A DNA stretch of 64,000 nt from Dehalococcoidia bacterium (GTDB taxonomy: Bacteria; Chloroflexota; Dehalococcoidia; Plut-88900). The stretch covers positions 608,001-672,000 of the forward strand of contig CBDBLV010000005.1 of the NCBI GenBank assembly GCA_965207225.1, read 5' to 3'. Below the pieces are notes generated by a model that saw only the letters and a list, made by a program, of their open reading frames with translations, was not told the origin of the DNA and ran no database searches. Numbering within the stretch: position 1 is the stretch's first letter; each line of letters starts with the position of its first letter. Made by a program: the position numbers and the translations under genes. Shown piece by piece: positions 17,899-28,301 of the stretch.

Positions 17899-19032
17899 TC
17901 AGCCGTTGCCGTTCACCGGGAATCCATACAGCTTCGCGGCGTTGTCGCAGACTATCTTCGCCTTGTCCTCCTCCTGCACTCCCTCAAACATCCGCTCGAT
18001 TACTTCCTGCGAGTGAGGGAATGTACCCTCGTCGTGCGGGTAGTCGCTTCCCCACATCAACGACTCCACACCCGCAATCTCCCGCGTGATTATCCCCACA
18101 ATATCGTCCGAGAATGTCGAGTATCCCTGCCGTTTGAAGTACTCGCTTGGCAGCATCTCCAGTTGCGGCACTTCCCACATGTGACGCCGGTGATGGTTGT
18201 CGTCCATCTGCACAAGCAGCCAAGGTATCCACCCGATACCCGCCTCCGCCAGCACGAATTTCAGATTGGGGTGCCGGGCGCAGGCTCCCCCCGCTATCAG
18301 CTGCACCATCGGGTACATCGCCTCCGTCATCCCCAGCACCTGTCCCAGTTGGTCCGATCCCGGAGAAGTCATCCTGGGCTCCCTTGAAGGAGGCTTCCCG
18401 CTTGGGCCCCCGCTGAACACGTGGAACGCTACAGGCACGCCCAGCTCCGCTGCATTCGCCCAGAACTGCTCGTATTCGGGCATATTGTATGGGACTAGGG
18501 GCATCGACACCGGCAGCGAGAATGACCGGTACCCCAGTCCCGCCGCCCGTTTCGCCTCGTCTATCCCGTCCTGGATGTCTATCACCGGTATCTGTGCCGA
18601 TACCACGAACTTGTCCGGGTGCCCCCCGAAGATCTCGTGGTGCCAGTCGTTGTACAGCTGAGCCAGCGCCAGTTGGTATCCCGGGTCCGGCGACGCAAAT
18701 ATCTTGAACACCGCCTGCGGATACACCACCTCTGCCACGACTCCATCCTCTTTCTGGTCCGCAAGCCTCGTCGGGATGTGTGTCCCGCCTTCCCGGTGCT
18801 GCACCCGACCCAGCGCTTCCCCGTCCCGCCAGTACCGACGCATGTCATCCTCGTTGAGAGGGTGGGGAGCCTCCATTGCCGAGGGACTCTGCCCGTCGTA
18901 CATCAGGTATCTCTTCCCGTTGATCACCTCTTCGTGAGGCGCCCGGGCCCTGTATTCCGCCGGAAGCCGGTCATATATCTCCTCCGGCTCGTTTGAATGT
19001 GAGTCCGCCGAGATTATTGCCAACTCAGACAT
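17899..19032 (-). CDS. Amidohydrolase_2 family protein
   Basis: ISADSHSNEP...AFHV...AEAGIGW...WGSDYPHDEGTFP. Confidence 0.9.
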   Translation of the reverse strand: MSELAIISADSHSNEPEEIYDRLPAEYRARAPHEEVINGKRYLMYDGQSPSAMEAPHPLNEDDMRRYWRDGEALGRVQHREGGTHIPTRLADQKEDGVVAEVVYPQAVFKIFASPDPGYQLALAQLYNDWHHEIFGGHPDKFVVSAQIPVIDIQDGIDEAKRAAGLGYRSFSLPVSMPLVPYNMPEYEQFWANAAELGVPVAFHVFSGGPSGKPPSREPRMTSPGSDQLGQVLGMTEAMYPMVQLIAGGACARHPNLKFVLAEAGIGWIPWLLVQMDDNHHRRHMWEVPQLEMLPSEYFKRQGYSTFSDDIVGIITREIAGVESLMWGSDYPHDEGTFPHSQEVIERMFEGVQEEDKAKIVCDNAAKLYGFPVNGNG

Positions 19033-19047
19033 CTTCGTCTTTACCCC

Positions 19048-20148
19048 CTAGTTTGCTGGGAACCGGTACAGTTCCGCAGCATTCTCGTATACGACCTTCC
19101 GCTTGATATCCTCTGAATACCCTTCGAAGATCCGGTCTACGACCTCCTTGGAATGGGGGAACGTGCCCTCGTCGTGCGGGTAGTCGCTGCCCCAAAGCAA
19201 AGCCCTCTCCCCGATGTAGCCCAGTGTCGTGAGGGCAACCGGGTCATCCCCGAAGGTTGCATGGCCCTGGCGCTTGAAGTAGTCGCTCAGATTTAGTTCC
19301 AGCTTCTCTTCCAGCCACATGTGCTTTCTCTGGTACTGCTCGTCTAGAGCGTAGAGTACCCATGCCAGCCACCCCGCCCCGCACTCCACCACCACGAAGT
19401 CCATCCCTGGATGCCGCATCGGCACGCCCGACGCCAGCAGGTGGGAGACGGGCTCGATGCCCTCAGCCATGCTGATAATCATGTAAGGAAGGAAGTCATT
19501 GTCCGTCTCCTCCTCTCCCACGTTCTCTGGGAGGTGGTCTTCGGTGCCGGTGTTGAAGTGAAGGCTGAATACGATGCCCGTGTCTTCGAGGGCGCTCCAG
19601 AGGGGCTCGTAGACTTTTCTGCTGTAGGGCTGGTTCTTGATGCCGATGGGGCTGCTGACGAGCTTGAAGCCCATCTTGGAGAGCCTGTAGACCTCTTCCA
19701 CCGCAGCGGGCACATCCAGGGTGGGCAGTATCGCTGCCGGGGCCAGTCTGTCGGGCCTGCTCCCGAAAAGCTCGTGTATCCAATCGTTATAGGTGCGGGC
19801 CACGGTCATCTGGAATTCAATGTCTGGAGACCCAAGGTACGTCAGCAAGTCGTTGCAGTAGATGATCTCCCCCACCACCCCGTCCTTGTCCTGGTCCTCC
19901 AGCCTTCGTTTGATGTCCCGACCCTGCGTTGGGTCCTCCCGCCACTCCCGGCTCAGGTCGTCCTCTTCCACCCTGCCCTCTGCGATGTCGTACCTTCTTG
20001 GCTTCCGTCCCTCCACTATCTGGTATTCGCCGCCGTTGATAATCTCCGTGTGGGGAAGCCGCAAGCGGAAATGCTCCGGCACCCTCATCTTGAATTCGTC
20101 GCTCTCCTGCACGTGGGAGTCGGAGGATATGAAACGCAGTTCAGCCAT
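19048..20148 (-). CDS. Amidohydrolase_2 family protein
   Basis: ISSDSHVQE...SLHF...ECGAGW...WGSDYPH. Confidence 0.9.
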   Translation of the reverse strand: MAELRFISSDSHVQESDEFKMRVPEHFRLRLPHTEIINGGEYQIVEGRKPRRYDIAEGRVEEDDLSREWREDPTQGRDIKRRLEDQDKDGVVGEIIYCNDLLTYLGSPDIEFQMTVARTYNDWIHELFGSRPDRLAPAAILPTLDVPAAVEEVYRLSKMGFKLVSSPIGIKNQPYSRKVYEPLWSALEDTGIVFSLHFNTGTEDHLPENVGEEETDNDFLPYMIISMAEGIEPVSHLLASGVPMRHPGMDFVVVECGAGWLAWVLYALDEQYQRKHMWLEEKLELNLSDYFKRQGHATFGDDPVALTTLGYIGERALLWGSDYPHDEGTFPHSKEVVDRIFEGYSEDIKRKVVYENAAELYRFPAN

Positions 20149-20814
20149 CGTAGTATCCTCTCTTCAGCTCGCTGAGAACCCGTATAGGTCGGCGGCATTC
20201 TCGTATACGACCTTCCGCTTGATATCCTCTGAATATCCCTCAAAGATGCGGTCTATGACCTGCTTCGAATGGGGGAACGTGCCCTCGTCGTGCGGGTAGT
20301 CGCTGCCCCAAAGCAAAGCCCTCTCCCCGATGTAGCCCAGTGTCGTGAGGGCAACCGGGTCATCCCCGAAGGTTGCATGGCCCTGGCGCTTGAAGTAGTC
20401 GCTCAGATTTAGTTCCAGCTTCTCTTCCAGCCACATGTGCTTTCTCTGGTACTGCTCGTCTAGAGCGTAGAGTACCCATGCCAGCCACCCCGCCCCGCAC
20501 TCCACCACCACGAAGTCCATCCCTGGATGCCGCATCGGCACGCCCGACGCCAGCAGGTGGGAGACGGGCTCGATGCCCTCAGCCATGCTGATAATCATGT
20601 AAGGAAGGAAGTCATTGTCCGTCTCCTCCTCTCCCACGTTCTCTGGGAGGTGGTCTTCGGTGCCGGTGTTGAAGTGAAGGCTGAATACGATGCCCGTGTC
20701 TTCGAGGGCGCTCCAGAGGGGCTCGTAGACTTTTCTGCTGTAGGGCTGGTTCTTGATGCCGATGGGGCTGCTGACGAGCTTGAAGCCCATCTTGGAGAGC
20801 CTGTAGACCTCTTC
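19151..20814. repeat. ~550-bp direct repeat (19151-19698 and 20267-20814) inside adjacent amidohydrolase paralogs
   Basis: Apparently identical DNA at offset 1116, with diverged flanks. Confidence 0.88.
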
Positions 20815-21264
20815 GACTGCTGCTGGGACATCCAGTGTCGGCAGGATGGCGGCTGGTGCGAATCTGTCGGGGTGTTCGCCGAACAGCTCATGGACCCAGT
20901 CGTTGTAAATCTGGGCCACGGTCATCTGGAACTCTGTGTCTGGAGACCCGAGATACGTCAACAGCGCATTGCAATAGATGACCTCGCCCACCACGCTGTC
21001 CCGGCCCTGGTCTGACAACCGGCGCTCGATGTTCCGTCCCCCGTCCGGGTCCTCCCGGAAATTGCGGTTGAGATCGTCCTCGGAGATGCGGGCCTCCGCA
21101 ACGTCAAACCGCCGAGGCTTTCGCCCCTCCACTATCTCGTACTCGCCGCCGTTGATAGTCTCCATGTGGGGAAGCCGCAAACGGAAGTTCTCCGGCACCC
21201 TCATCTTGAATTCGTCGCTCTCCTGCACGTGGGAGTCGGCGGAGATGAAACGTAAATCAGCCAT
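20164..21264 (-). CDS. Amidohydrolase_2 family protein
   Basis: Close paralog of 19048-20148; AGGAGGT RBS before ATG 21264. Confidence 0.9.
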   Translation of the reverse strand: MADLRFISADSHVQESDEFKMRVPENFRLRLPHMETINGGEYEIVEGRKPRRFDVAEARISEDDLNRNFREDPDGGRNIERRLSDQGRDSVVGEVIYCNALLTYLGSPDTEFQMTVAQIYNDWVHELFGEHPDRFAPAAILPTLDVPAAVEEVYRLSKMGFKLVSSPIGIKNQPYSRKVYEPLWSALEDTGIVFSLHFNTGTEDHLPENVGEEETDNDFLPYMIISMAEGIEPVSHLLASGVPMRHPGMDFVVVECGAGWLAWVLYALDEQYQRKHMWLEEKLELNLSDYFKRQGHATFGDDPVALTTLGYIGERALLWGSDYPHDEGTFPHSKQVIDRIFEGYSEDIKRKVVYENAADLYGFSAS

Positions 21265-21436
21265 TCTTACCTCCTGGCCTGGTGAGGCGCACACGCCTCA
21301 AAGACAACTCCCAATAAGACTGGGATTCCCGAGTGATTGAGGTGATTGTACTACCGGCGTAGGCAGTGTCAATTAGGCTATCGTGGAAAACAACCCGACA
21401 CCCGCTCCCGACACTGTATCGGAGTTCGGAGTCCTA

Positions 21437-21937
21437 TCACACCAGCCTCGGCCGCACCGCTTGCGACGCCTCGTACCCCTCGTCCCTCGGCAGCCCCTGA
21501 CCCTTTGCCGCCTGCACAGCCAGTTGGTCGCACCGCTCATTCTCACGATTGCCCGCATGCCCCCGCACCCACCGGAACTCCACCTCATGCTCTTCTAGAA
21601 GCTTAAGGAGCTGTGCCCACAAGTCCGGGTTTACTGCCTGCTCTTTCTTATTGCGCATCCAGTCGTTTGCCCGCCACTTCTTCGCCCAGCCTTTCGAGAC
21701 CGCATCGACAACGTATCGCGAATCGGTGTGCAGGACTACACGGCTCGGTTGGTTGAGAGCCCGCAGGGCCTTGATCGGCCCCATCAGTTCCATCCGATTG
21801 TTTGTCGTCAGCCGGTACCCGCCGCTGAGTTCCCCACGTTGGTTCCCCGACTGAAGAACTATCCCATATCCCCCCGGCCCCGGGTTCCCGAGGCACGCCC
21901 CATCAGTGTGGATAGTAATTCGCGGCTTTGAAGTCAT
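21437..21937 (-). CDS. rnhA: Ribonuclease HI
   Basis: TDGACLGNPGPGG, TTNNRMEL, TDSRYV, WVRGHAG..ENERCD. Confidence 0.97.
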   Translation of the reverse strand: MTSKPRITIHTDGACLGNPGPGGYGIVLQSGNQRGELSGGYRLTTNNRMELMGPIKALRALNQPSRVVLHTDSRYVVDAVSKGWAKKWRANDWMRNKKEQAVNPDLWAQLLKLLEEHEVEFRWVRGHAGNRENERCDQLAVQAAKGQGLPRDEGYEASQAVRPRLV

Positions 21938-21946
21938 TCCTAGGCC

Positions 21947-22696
21947 CTAGGGCCACGTCTTCCCGAAGTCATTCCTCAGCAGCACCTTGCCCGTGAACGA
22001 CACATCCTGCTGCGCCAACCACACCGTAGCCGGGACTACAACCTCTGCAGGCTCTATCACCAACCCCCGAGGGTTCGCTCCCGCATCCCAGTTCCTCGTC
22101 ATGTACGAAGTTACCAGCCCCGGGCTCATCGCATTCACTGCAATGCTATACGGTCTCAGGTCCTCGGCCATATTCAGCGTGAACCGGTCTAGAGCGGCCT
22201 TCGACGCCCCGTAAGCGATGTGGTTTTCGTCGGTCCAGTTCGCCTGCCTTGATGTCACGTTGATAACGTTCCCCCGACGCCTCTTCATCATCCCGGGCAC
22301 GATGTATTTGCACGTCAGGAACGGCCCTCGCATGTTCACCGCCATCACCCGGTCGAATTCCTCCACCGACATATCCGTTATCGACCCCCGTATGGACAGT
22401 CCCGCATTGTTGATTAGCACGTCCACTGGCCCCGCCTCCGATTCCACCCGCTCCACCATTGCCCTCACCTCTCCTTCATCCGTCACATCACACCCAATCG
22501 CTATCGCCCTCCCCCCCGACTCCCTTATCCTCTCCACCGTCTCCTCCAGCGACCCCGCTCCCTCACCGGTCCCCGGCATCAGTGTGCGTGCGACCGCAGC
22601 AACAAAAGCTCCTTCCTCTGCAAACCCGTACGCTATCGCCTCCCCCACCCCGCGGCTCGCGCCCGTAATCAGTACAACCTTGTCTTGGAGAGTCAT
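21947..22696 (-). CDS. SDR family oxidoreductase
   Basis: TGASRGVG, NNAG, YGASK. Confidence 0.93.
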   Translation of the reverse strand: MTLQDKVVLITGASRGVGEAIAYGFAEEGAFVAAVARTLMPGTGEGAGSLEETVERIRESGGRAIAIGCDVTDEGEVRAMVERVESEAGPVDVLINNAGLSIRGSITDMSVEEFDRVMAVNMRGPFLTCKYIVPGMMKRRRGNVINVTSRQANWTDENHIAYGASKAALDRFTLNMAEDLRPYSIAVNAMSPGLVTSYMTRNWDAGANPRGLVIEPAEVVVPATVWLAQQDVSFTGKVLLRNDFGKTWP

Positions 22697-22756
22697 CTGG
22701 TGGGTTCCGGATGTCGGGCAATGCGACCGGACAAATCCAGGTCACCTGTCTTGGTT

Positions 22757-23092
22757 CTACGCAAGCAGCTGGCTCGAGGCCCCTTCGCTTTCCAACCGCA
22801 TCTCACCGGCGTCTGCGCATATGTGGACGGTGGGCGGCGAGACCATCATGGGACTCAACATGTCTTCGAATAGTATCCGATCGCTATGCCCTTCCCACTG
22901 CTTCCAGTCCTGGATGCTGCGCCATGTGCTCACAACTATCATCGTCGAGTTGTCGCCTACGTCAACCAGAGTCTCCCCCGAGATGTACCCCGTCTGCCTC
23001 GTCGCCATCGCCCTCATCTCAACGAGGATGTTCAGCGCCTGGGCTTCTCTCCCCGGAAGCACGTGCCGCTCTATGACAATCTTGGCTTGCAT
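22757..23092 (-). CDS. Antibiotic biosynthesis monooxygenase (ABM) domain protein
   Basis: GYISGETL...VVSTWRS..DWKQW...S.R. Confidence 0.8.
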   Translation of the reverse strand: MQAKIVIERHVLPGREAQALNILVEMRAMATRQTGYISGETLVDVGDNSTMIVVSTWRSIQDWKQWEGHSDRILFEDMLSPMMVSPPTVHICADAGEMRLESEGASSQLLA

Positions 23093-23275
23093 TGCAAATC
23101 TCGGCCGACTACCGCCATCCACCGGCGCTCTTGCAGTTCTTGCAATCCCCTGTCTCCGTAGAACTTACTCGCCATAGTGTCCCCTGTCAATTCCGGCAAG
23201 CTCTGCTGTGATTGCATCGGCCCCCCAACGTGCTACCCTTTCTTGGTCCTTTATCTGCCCAAGGGGTTAACAGAC

Positions 23276-24289
23276 ATGAAAATTACTGCTCCCGTAGACA
23301 CAAAGCAGCTCTCCGAAGTTCCCCAAAAGGCCGCACGCGCCGACGCCCTAGGCTTCGACACCATCGCCCTCCCTGAGCTCACCCTCGACCCCTTTCTAGC
23401 GTCCACCCTTGCCGCCGAGCACTCCACGCGGCCGGGCATCCAGACCTCTATCGCGGTGGCCTTTCCCCGTAGCCCCATGATCACCGCCTATATGTCCTGG
23501 AACCTGCAGGCTCTGTCCGGCGGCAGGTTCGAACTCGGTCTCGGCACCCAGGTCAAAGGCCACAACGAACGCCGTTTCAGCACCCCCTGGGTCTCCCCCG
23601 GCCCCCGACTCAGAGAATACATCCAGTCACTCAGGGCAATCTGGGACACCTGGCAGAACGACGCCCCTCTGGACTTCCGCGGCAAGTTCTACAACTTCAC
23701 CCTGATGATCCCCGTCTTCGACCCCGGCCCTATCTCCCACCCCTCAATCCCCATCTCCATCTCCGCAGTCAACACCTACATGCTGCGTCTCGGCGGGGAA
23801 CTGACCGACGGCGTCCAGCTCCACAGCTTCTGCACCGACAAGTACGTCTCTGACGTAGTCCTCCCAACCATCGAGGATGGGGCCAAACGCGCAGGCAGGT
23901 CTCTAGAGGATGTCGAAATATCGGGCGGAGGCTTCATCATTTCCCACTCCCCCGGAGAAAATATCGATTCCCGCATCGAGTCCCTCCGCCAGCGCATCGC
24001 CTTCTACGCCTCTACCCGGACCTACAAACCCGTTATGGACGTCCACGGCTGGGGAGACGTAACCCTTGAGCTTCACTCTCTGTCCCTCCAGGGTCGCTGG
24101 AAAGACATGCCCAACCTCATCACCGACAACATGATCGACGCCTTCGCCGTCATCGGCCCCCACGACATCCTGCCCGGCCTCATTCAGAAACGCTTCGGCG
24201 GCTGGGCCTCCAGTATCTCCCTCGGCCTCCCTGATGCCCCTGAACACGAGCTGAAGAGTCTAATAGAGGCGATAAAACTCATCCCTTAA
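23276..24289 (+). CDS. LLM-class (probably F420-dependent) oxidoreductase
   Basis: DPFL...TSIAVAFPRSPM...SGGRFELGLGTQVKGHNERRF...RIAFYASTRTY. Confidence 0.9.
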   Translation: MKITAPVDTKQLSEVPQKAARADALGFDTIALPELTLDPFLASTLAAEHSTRPGIQTSIAVAFPRSPMITAYMSWNLQALSGGRFELGLGTQVKGHNERRFSTPWVSPGPRLREYIQSLRAIWDTWQNDAPLDFRGKFYNFTLMIPVFDPGPISHPSIPISISAVNTYMLRLGGELTDGVQLHSFCTDKYVSDVVLPTIEDGAKRAGRSLEDVEISGGGFIISHSPGENIDSRIESLRQRIAFYASTRTYKPVMDVHGWGDVTLELHSLSLQGRWKDMPNLITDNMIDAFAVIGPHDILPGLIQKRFGGWASSISLGLPDAPEHELKSLIEAIKLIP

Positions 24290-24298
24290 CCCCAGGCT

Positions 24299-24739
24299 TC
24301 ACGAGAATATCTCCAGCAGCCGCTTCCTCCGGTACCCGAATATCTTCCTCAACTCCCTCGCCACGAACAGCTTCTGTACTGGCCACCCGTACGGTACCCG
24401 GTAGTCGACGTGGTCCGTAATCAGCGTCCCCTCATCCGTCTCCCTGAAAGTGTGCCGGTGCAGCCAGTACCTGTACGGTCCACTCACCTGGAAATCGCAG
24501 AACTCGAATGGCGGGTCCCAAACCGATATCTCGCTCTTCCAGTTGAAAGGCACCCTGTAGAGACTGATCCGGTAATCTATAATGGTCCCTAGCCCAATCT
24601 CTATCGGCGTCGGTGTCACTATCGAAAACCTCACCCACGGTGGCGTCATCAGGTTCAGGTTTTCCGCGGAAGCAAAGAACTCGAACACCGGCTCCCGAGG
24701 ATGGTTTAGCAACAGCTCTTCGTGCAATTGGTAGATCAT
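24299..24739 (-). CDS. SRPBCC/polyketide cyclase-like protein
   Basis: VFEFF...NL...TPPW...W.SEI..WDPP..F.D.Q..GPY..W.H.HTF. Confidence 0.85.
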   Translation of the reverse strand: MIYQLHEELLLNHPREPVFEFFASAENLNLMTPPWVRFSIVTPTPIEIGLGTIIDYRISLYRVPFNWKSEISVWDPPFEFCDFQVSGPYRYWLHRHTFRETDEGTLITDHVDYRVPYGWPVQKLFVARELRKIFGYRRKRLLEIFS

Positions 24740-24873
24740 TGGGTTTGCACACTGGAGACGGCCGTAAAACTCTACGCCAACTGCTATATTACATGGGCAG
24801 TCTATCGAACGAATAGGCCCCGAATCCCCTCCCCGTCCCCTTCGGGCCTCCAGCAGCGTATTGAGGTGAATAA

Positions 24874-26016
24874 ATGAAAATCCTCGACAGCGACATGCAC
24901 GTACATGAACCCTGGGACATCTGGCTCAACTACATCTCCCCCGAGTTCCGGGACCGCGCCCCCGTCGGCGCTTCCAAAGACCCCATGGACATGAACACCC
25001 TCATCGATGGCAAACCCATCGGCTTTGCCCAGGATACCGGCGTCAGGGACAACCGTGAAGAGGAAATCCACCGCGAGGTCGAAAAACGCCAGGCCGAGCG
25101 CCTCCCCGAGGGTATCGCCGCCCGCTTCGACGCCAAGTCTCAGGTGCACGCCATGGACGTCGAGGGCCTAACCGCCGCCGTCCTCCTCCCGACTCGCGGC
25201 CTCGCCGTCGGCGCCGTCGATTTCAACGACCGCGCCTATGCCTCCGCCGTCTCCCGAGGCTACAACGACTGGCTCTATGATTTCTGCTCCCAGGGTCCCG
25301 GCAGACTCTACGGCGCAGCCATGATTACCCTCGAAGACGTGGATGATGCCATAGCGGAGATCAAGCGTGCCCGCACCGACCTCGACTTCAAGGGTGTCTT
25401 CGCCCGACCCAACCCTATTCGCGACCGTAACTGGCACGACGCTGTTTACGATCCCCTCTGGGAAGTCTGCCAGGACCTCGACCTTCCCATGATCTTCCAC
25501 GAAGGTTTTCGCAGTAACCTGCCCCAGGCCATGGCCGAACGCTTCCTGCGCGAACAGGACAAGGTATGGACCATGGCCCACGTCGCCTGCCACCCCATTG
25601 AGCAGATGTACGCTTGCCTGTGCCTATGCGTCGGTGGCGTCTTCGAACGATTTCCCAGGCTCAGGGTCGGCTTCCTGGAAGGCAACTCCAGTTGGATACC
25701 TTTCTGGCTCTGGCGCATGGACGAACACTACGAACTCCGTCGGGACTGGACCACCAACTACATATCCATGGCCCCCAGCCAGTACTTCAAACGGCAGGGC
25801 TACGTCTCCATAGACGCCGACGAAGAGCCCGCCAAGTACGCCGTTGACTGGGCCGGCGACGAAAACTTCGTCTTCTCCACCGACTACCCCCACACAGACT
25901 CCAAGTACCCCCACGCCGTCGAGGAGTTCCTCAAGCTCCCCATCCCCGACGACTCCAAGCGCAAAATCCTCTGGGACAACTGCGCCAAACTCTATGCCAT
26001 GTCCAACGGCGCCTAG
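24874..26016 (+). CDS. Amidohydrolase_2 family protein
   Basis: LDSDMHVHEP, IFHEG, FLEGNSSW, FSTDYPHTD, NCAKLY. Confidence 0.9.
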   Translation: MKILDSDMHVHEPWDIWLNYISPEFRDRAPVGASKDPMDMNTLIDGKPIGFAQDTGVRDNREEEIHREVEKRQAERLPEGIAARFDAKSQVHAMDVEGLTAAVLLPTRGLAVGAVDFNDRAYASAVSRGYNDWLYDFCSQGPGRLYGAAMITLEDVDDAIAEIKRARTDLDFKGVFARPNPIRDRNWHDAVYDPLWEVCQDLDLPMIFHEGFRSNLPQAMAERFLREQDKVWTMAHVACHPIEQMYACLCLCVGGVFERFPRLRVGFLEGNSSWIPFWLWRMDEHYELRRDWTTNYISMAPSQYFKRQGYVSIDADEEPAKYAVDWAGDENFVFSTDYPHTDSKYPHAVEEFLKLPIPDDSKRKILWDNCAKLYAMSNGA

Positions 26017-26185
26017 TCCGCCTGTTTGGGTGGTGGGGCCGCTCACCCTGAGCCACGTAGAAGCATGTTCTGCACCCCGTCCAAGGGGATCGAGCTGGGA
26101 GTAGCCCACCCGTCTCCCGATTGCCTGTCATCCCGAGTCCCGAGAACAATCCAGGGAAGGCCGTTCCCTCCCCCAGTATTGAACT

Positions 26186-26225
26186 AGAGGCTGACGTTGA
26201 CGCTTCAGCGTCAACGTCAGCCTCT
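26186..26225. repeat. Perfect 19-bp-arm palindrome between convergent genes
   Basis: agaggctgacgttgacgct-tc-agcgtcaacgtcagcctct. Confidence 0.8.
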
Positions 26226-26297
26226 GTTCTTCTCTCCCCCTCTCCCTTACAGGCCCTAAGGAAGAGGGGGGCAAGGGGGTGAGGGTTCCCTAACCTC

Positions 26298-27140
26298 CTA
26301 CAGCACCTGCCACACCCGCTTCCCCTCCAGCCTCACAATCCGCCCGAATCCCGGCGCCGGGAAATGTCCCGCCGCCATCTTCAGGCCCTTATCCTCCACC
26401 ATCTTCATCACCGACTCCCGCGTCTCCCGCGCCACCTCGTGATCGCAGTCCGCCATCACCTTCCACCCCGTCTCATGCACCTGTCTCGGATGGTGCGCCA
26501 CGTCCCCCAGGATCAGCCCCTGCTCCCCCTGCGACGTTATCAACAGGCTCATGTGTCCCGGCGTATGCCCCGGCGTGAGTATCGCCGTGATCTCATCGGT
26601 TATCACCCACTCCTCCCCCGACACCACGTCCAGCTTCCCCATGTCGTGTAGTGGCTCGACTGTTTCCGGTTCATAGTAGTACTTCTCCTTCGCGTCGGGC
26701 TCATTGCGGAAGAAGTCCCAGTCCAACTCATGGGTCACGTATCGGGCACTGGGAAACAGCACCTCCGGCCCATTGCCGTTCCGAGACACGTTCCAGCCCG
26801 TGTGATCGAAGTGAAGATGAGTCATGAACACCATGTCCACTTCGTCCGCCGGCACCTTGTTCGTCCTCATCTCACTGAATAGCGAACCCCACTCCCCATC
26901 GATTCCCTCCCCCGGCACATCCCCCATCCCCGTGTCCACCATCAACGTCTTCCCACCGGACCTGATTAAGAAAGATCCCAAGTTCGTAGAAAACCCCGGC
27001 TCAACCTCCGCCGACACGCACCCGCATCCCCAATTTCTTGCCACTTCATCCCCATACATCTCCCGCACTGGCCCGTCCATGTTCCCGTCCGATAAGGACA
27101 GTACCGTAACGTTCCCTATGGTCATCAAATTGCCAGCCAT
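26298..27140 (-). CDS. MBL-fold metallo-hydrolase
   Basis: VDTG, THLHFDHTG, TPGHTPGH, GDVAH, GHF. Confidence 0.92.
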   Translation of the reverse strand: MAGNLMTIGNVTVLSLSDGNMDGPVREMYGDEVARNWGCGCVSAEVEPGFSTNLGSFLIRSGGKTLMVDTGMGDVPGEGIDGEWGSLFSEMRTNKVPADEVDMVFMTHLHFDHTGWNVSRNGNGPEVLFPSARYVTHELDWDFFRNEPDAKEKYYYEPETVEPLHDMGKLDVVSGEEWVITDEITAILTPGHTPGHMSLLITSQGEQGLILGDVAHHPRQVHETGWKVMADCDHEVARETRESVMKMVEDKGLKMAAGHFPAPGFGRIVRLEGKRVWQVL

Positions 27141-27401
27141 GCCTTTTCCTCCACGTTCAAAGCTCCTCCATTCCCCAACCCACAAAGCCATTTAACTCCG
27201 CCCCCACCCCTTTGTCGAGGGGGCTGTGACATTTTCCCCTTGCCTCTTCACCACTCCATGCAATAACGTAGTCCCCATGACAATGCATCCTCCTCATCCC
27301 CGATTGTCCTGCACTGTCATACCGCACCTCGAAGAGATTTTCTTGCCGAATCAAACATACAGGCATGGGGACAATCGGAAACAATCAACAAAGGAGACTA
27401 A

Positions 27402-28211
27402 ATGCGCACCAAGCAGCTCGGCAATACCGGCGTCCAAATTCCCGAAATAGGCCTCGGCACCTCCCAGTACAACGCAGGCCCCGAGCCTCTCGTACGTGGC
27501 ATAGAGGCCGGCGCAAACCTCATTGACACGGCGTCGCGGTATGGGACGGAAGACGTCGTAGGTGAGGCCGTAAAAGACCGACGAGAGTCAGTAATCGTGG
27601 CAACCAAAGTCTCGGGTGCCACCGTGAAATATGACCAGGTTATCGAATCCGCCAATGAGAGCCTCGTCAGGCTCGGCATCGAACAGATTGACCTGTTCCA
27701 GGTTCACTGGCAGGACCCCAATGTCCCAATCAGGGAGACCATGAGCGCCTTGGAGACCCTCGTTGACGAAGGCAAAATCCGCTACATCGGCGTAAGCAAC
27801 TATACCGCCGACCAGATGAAGGAAGCCCAGGACTGCCTGAAGAACAACCCCCTCGTCTCCAACCAGGTCCTTTACAACCTCGCCGACCGCGAGATAGAAG
27901 ACGAAGTCCTGCCCTACTGTCAGGAAAACGGCATCACCGTCCTTGCCTTCAGCCCCCTCGCTCAGGGTAGGCTGGCCTCCCTCTCCTTCTTCTGGCGCAC
28001 CAACGCCATGAACACCCTCCGCCGCATAGCGGCCGAGCTGGGAAAGACCAGCGCCCAGGTCGCCCTCAACTGGTGCGTCTCCCGACCGAACGTAGTGCCC
28101 ATACCCAAGTCCAGCCAGGAGGCCCGGGTCCTTGAGTTCTGTGCCTCCTCCGGCTGGGACCTCACCCCCGACCACGTCGCAGAGCTAGACCGCGTCTTCG
28201 TCCGCTACTAG
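27402..28211 (+). CDS. Aldo/keto reductase
   Basis: IGLGT, IDTASRYG, ATKV, IDLFQVHW, GKIRYIGVSN, PIPKS. Confidence 0.93.
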   Translation: MRTKQLGNTGVQIPEIGLGTSQYNAGPEPLVRGIEAGANLIDTASRYGTEDVVGEAVKDRRESVIVATKVSGATVKYDQVIESANESLVRLGIEQIDLFQVHWQDPNVPIRETMSALETLVDEGKIRYIGVSNYTADQMKEAQDCLKNNPLVSNQVLYNLADREIEDEVLPYCQENGITVLAFSPLAQGRLASLSFFWRTNAMNTLRRIAAELGKTSAQVALNWCVSRPNVVPIPKSSQEARVLEFCASSGWDLTPDHVAELDRVFVRY

Positions 28212-28301
28212 CCCGGCTCATTCCCAAGTGTCATCCCGATGCTCCGCGAGGGACATGGGGTGGGATCCCCTCCGCACTGCACAAGGAGCCTCAAGTACAC
28301 A

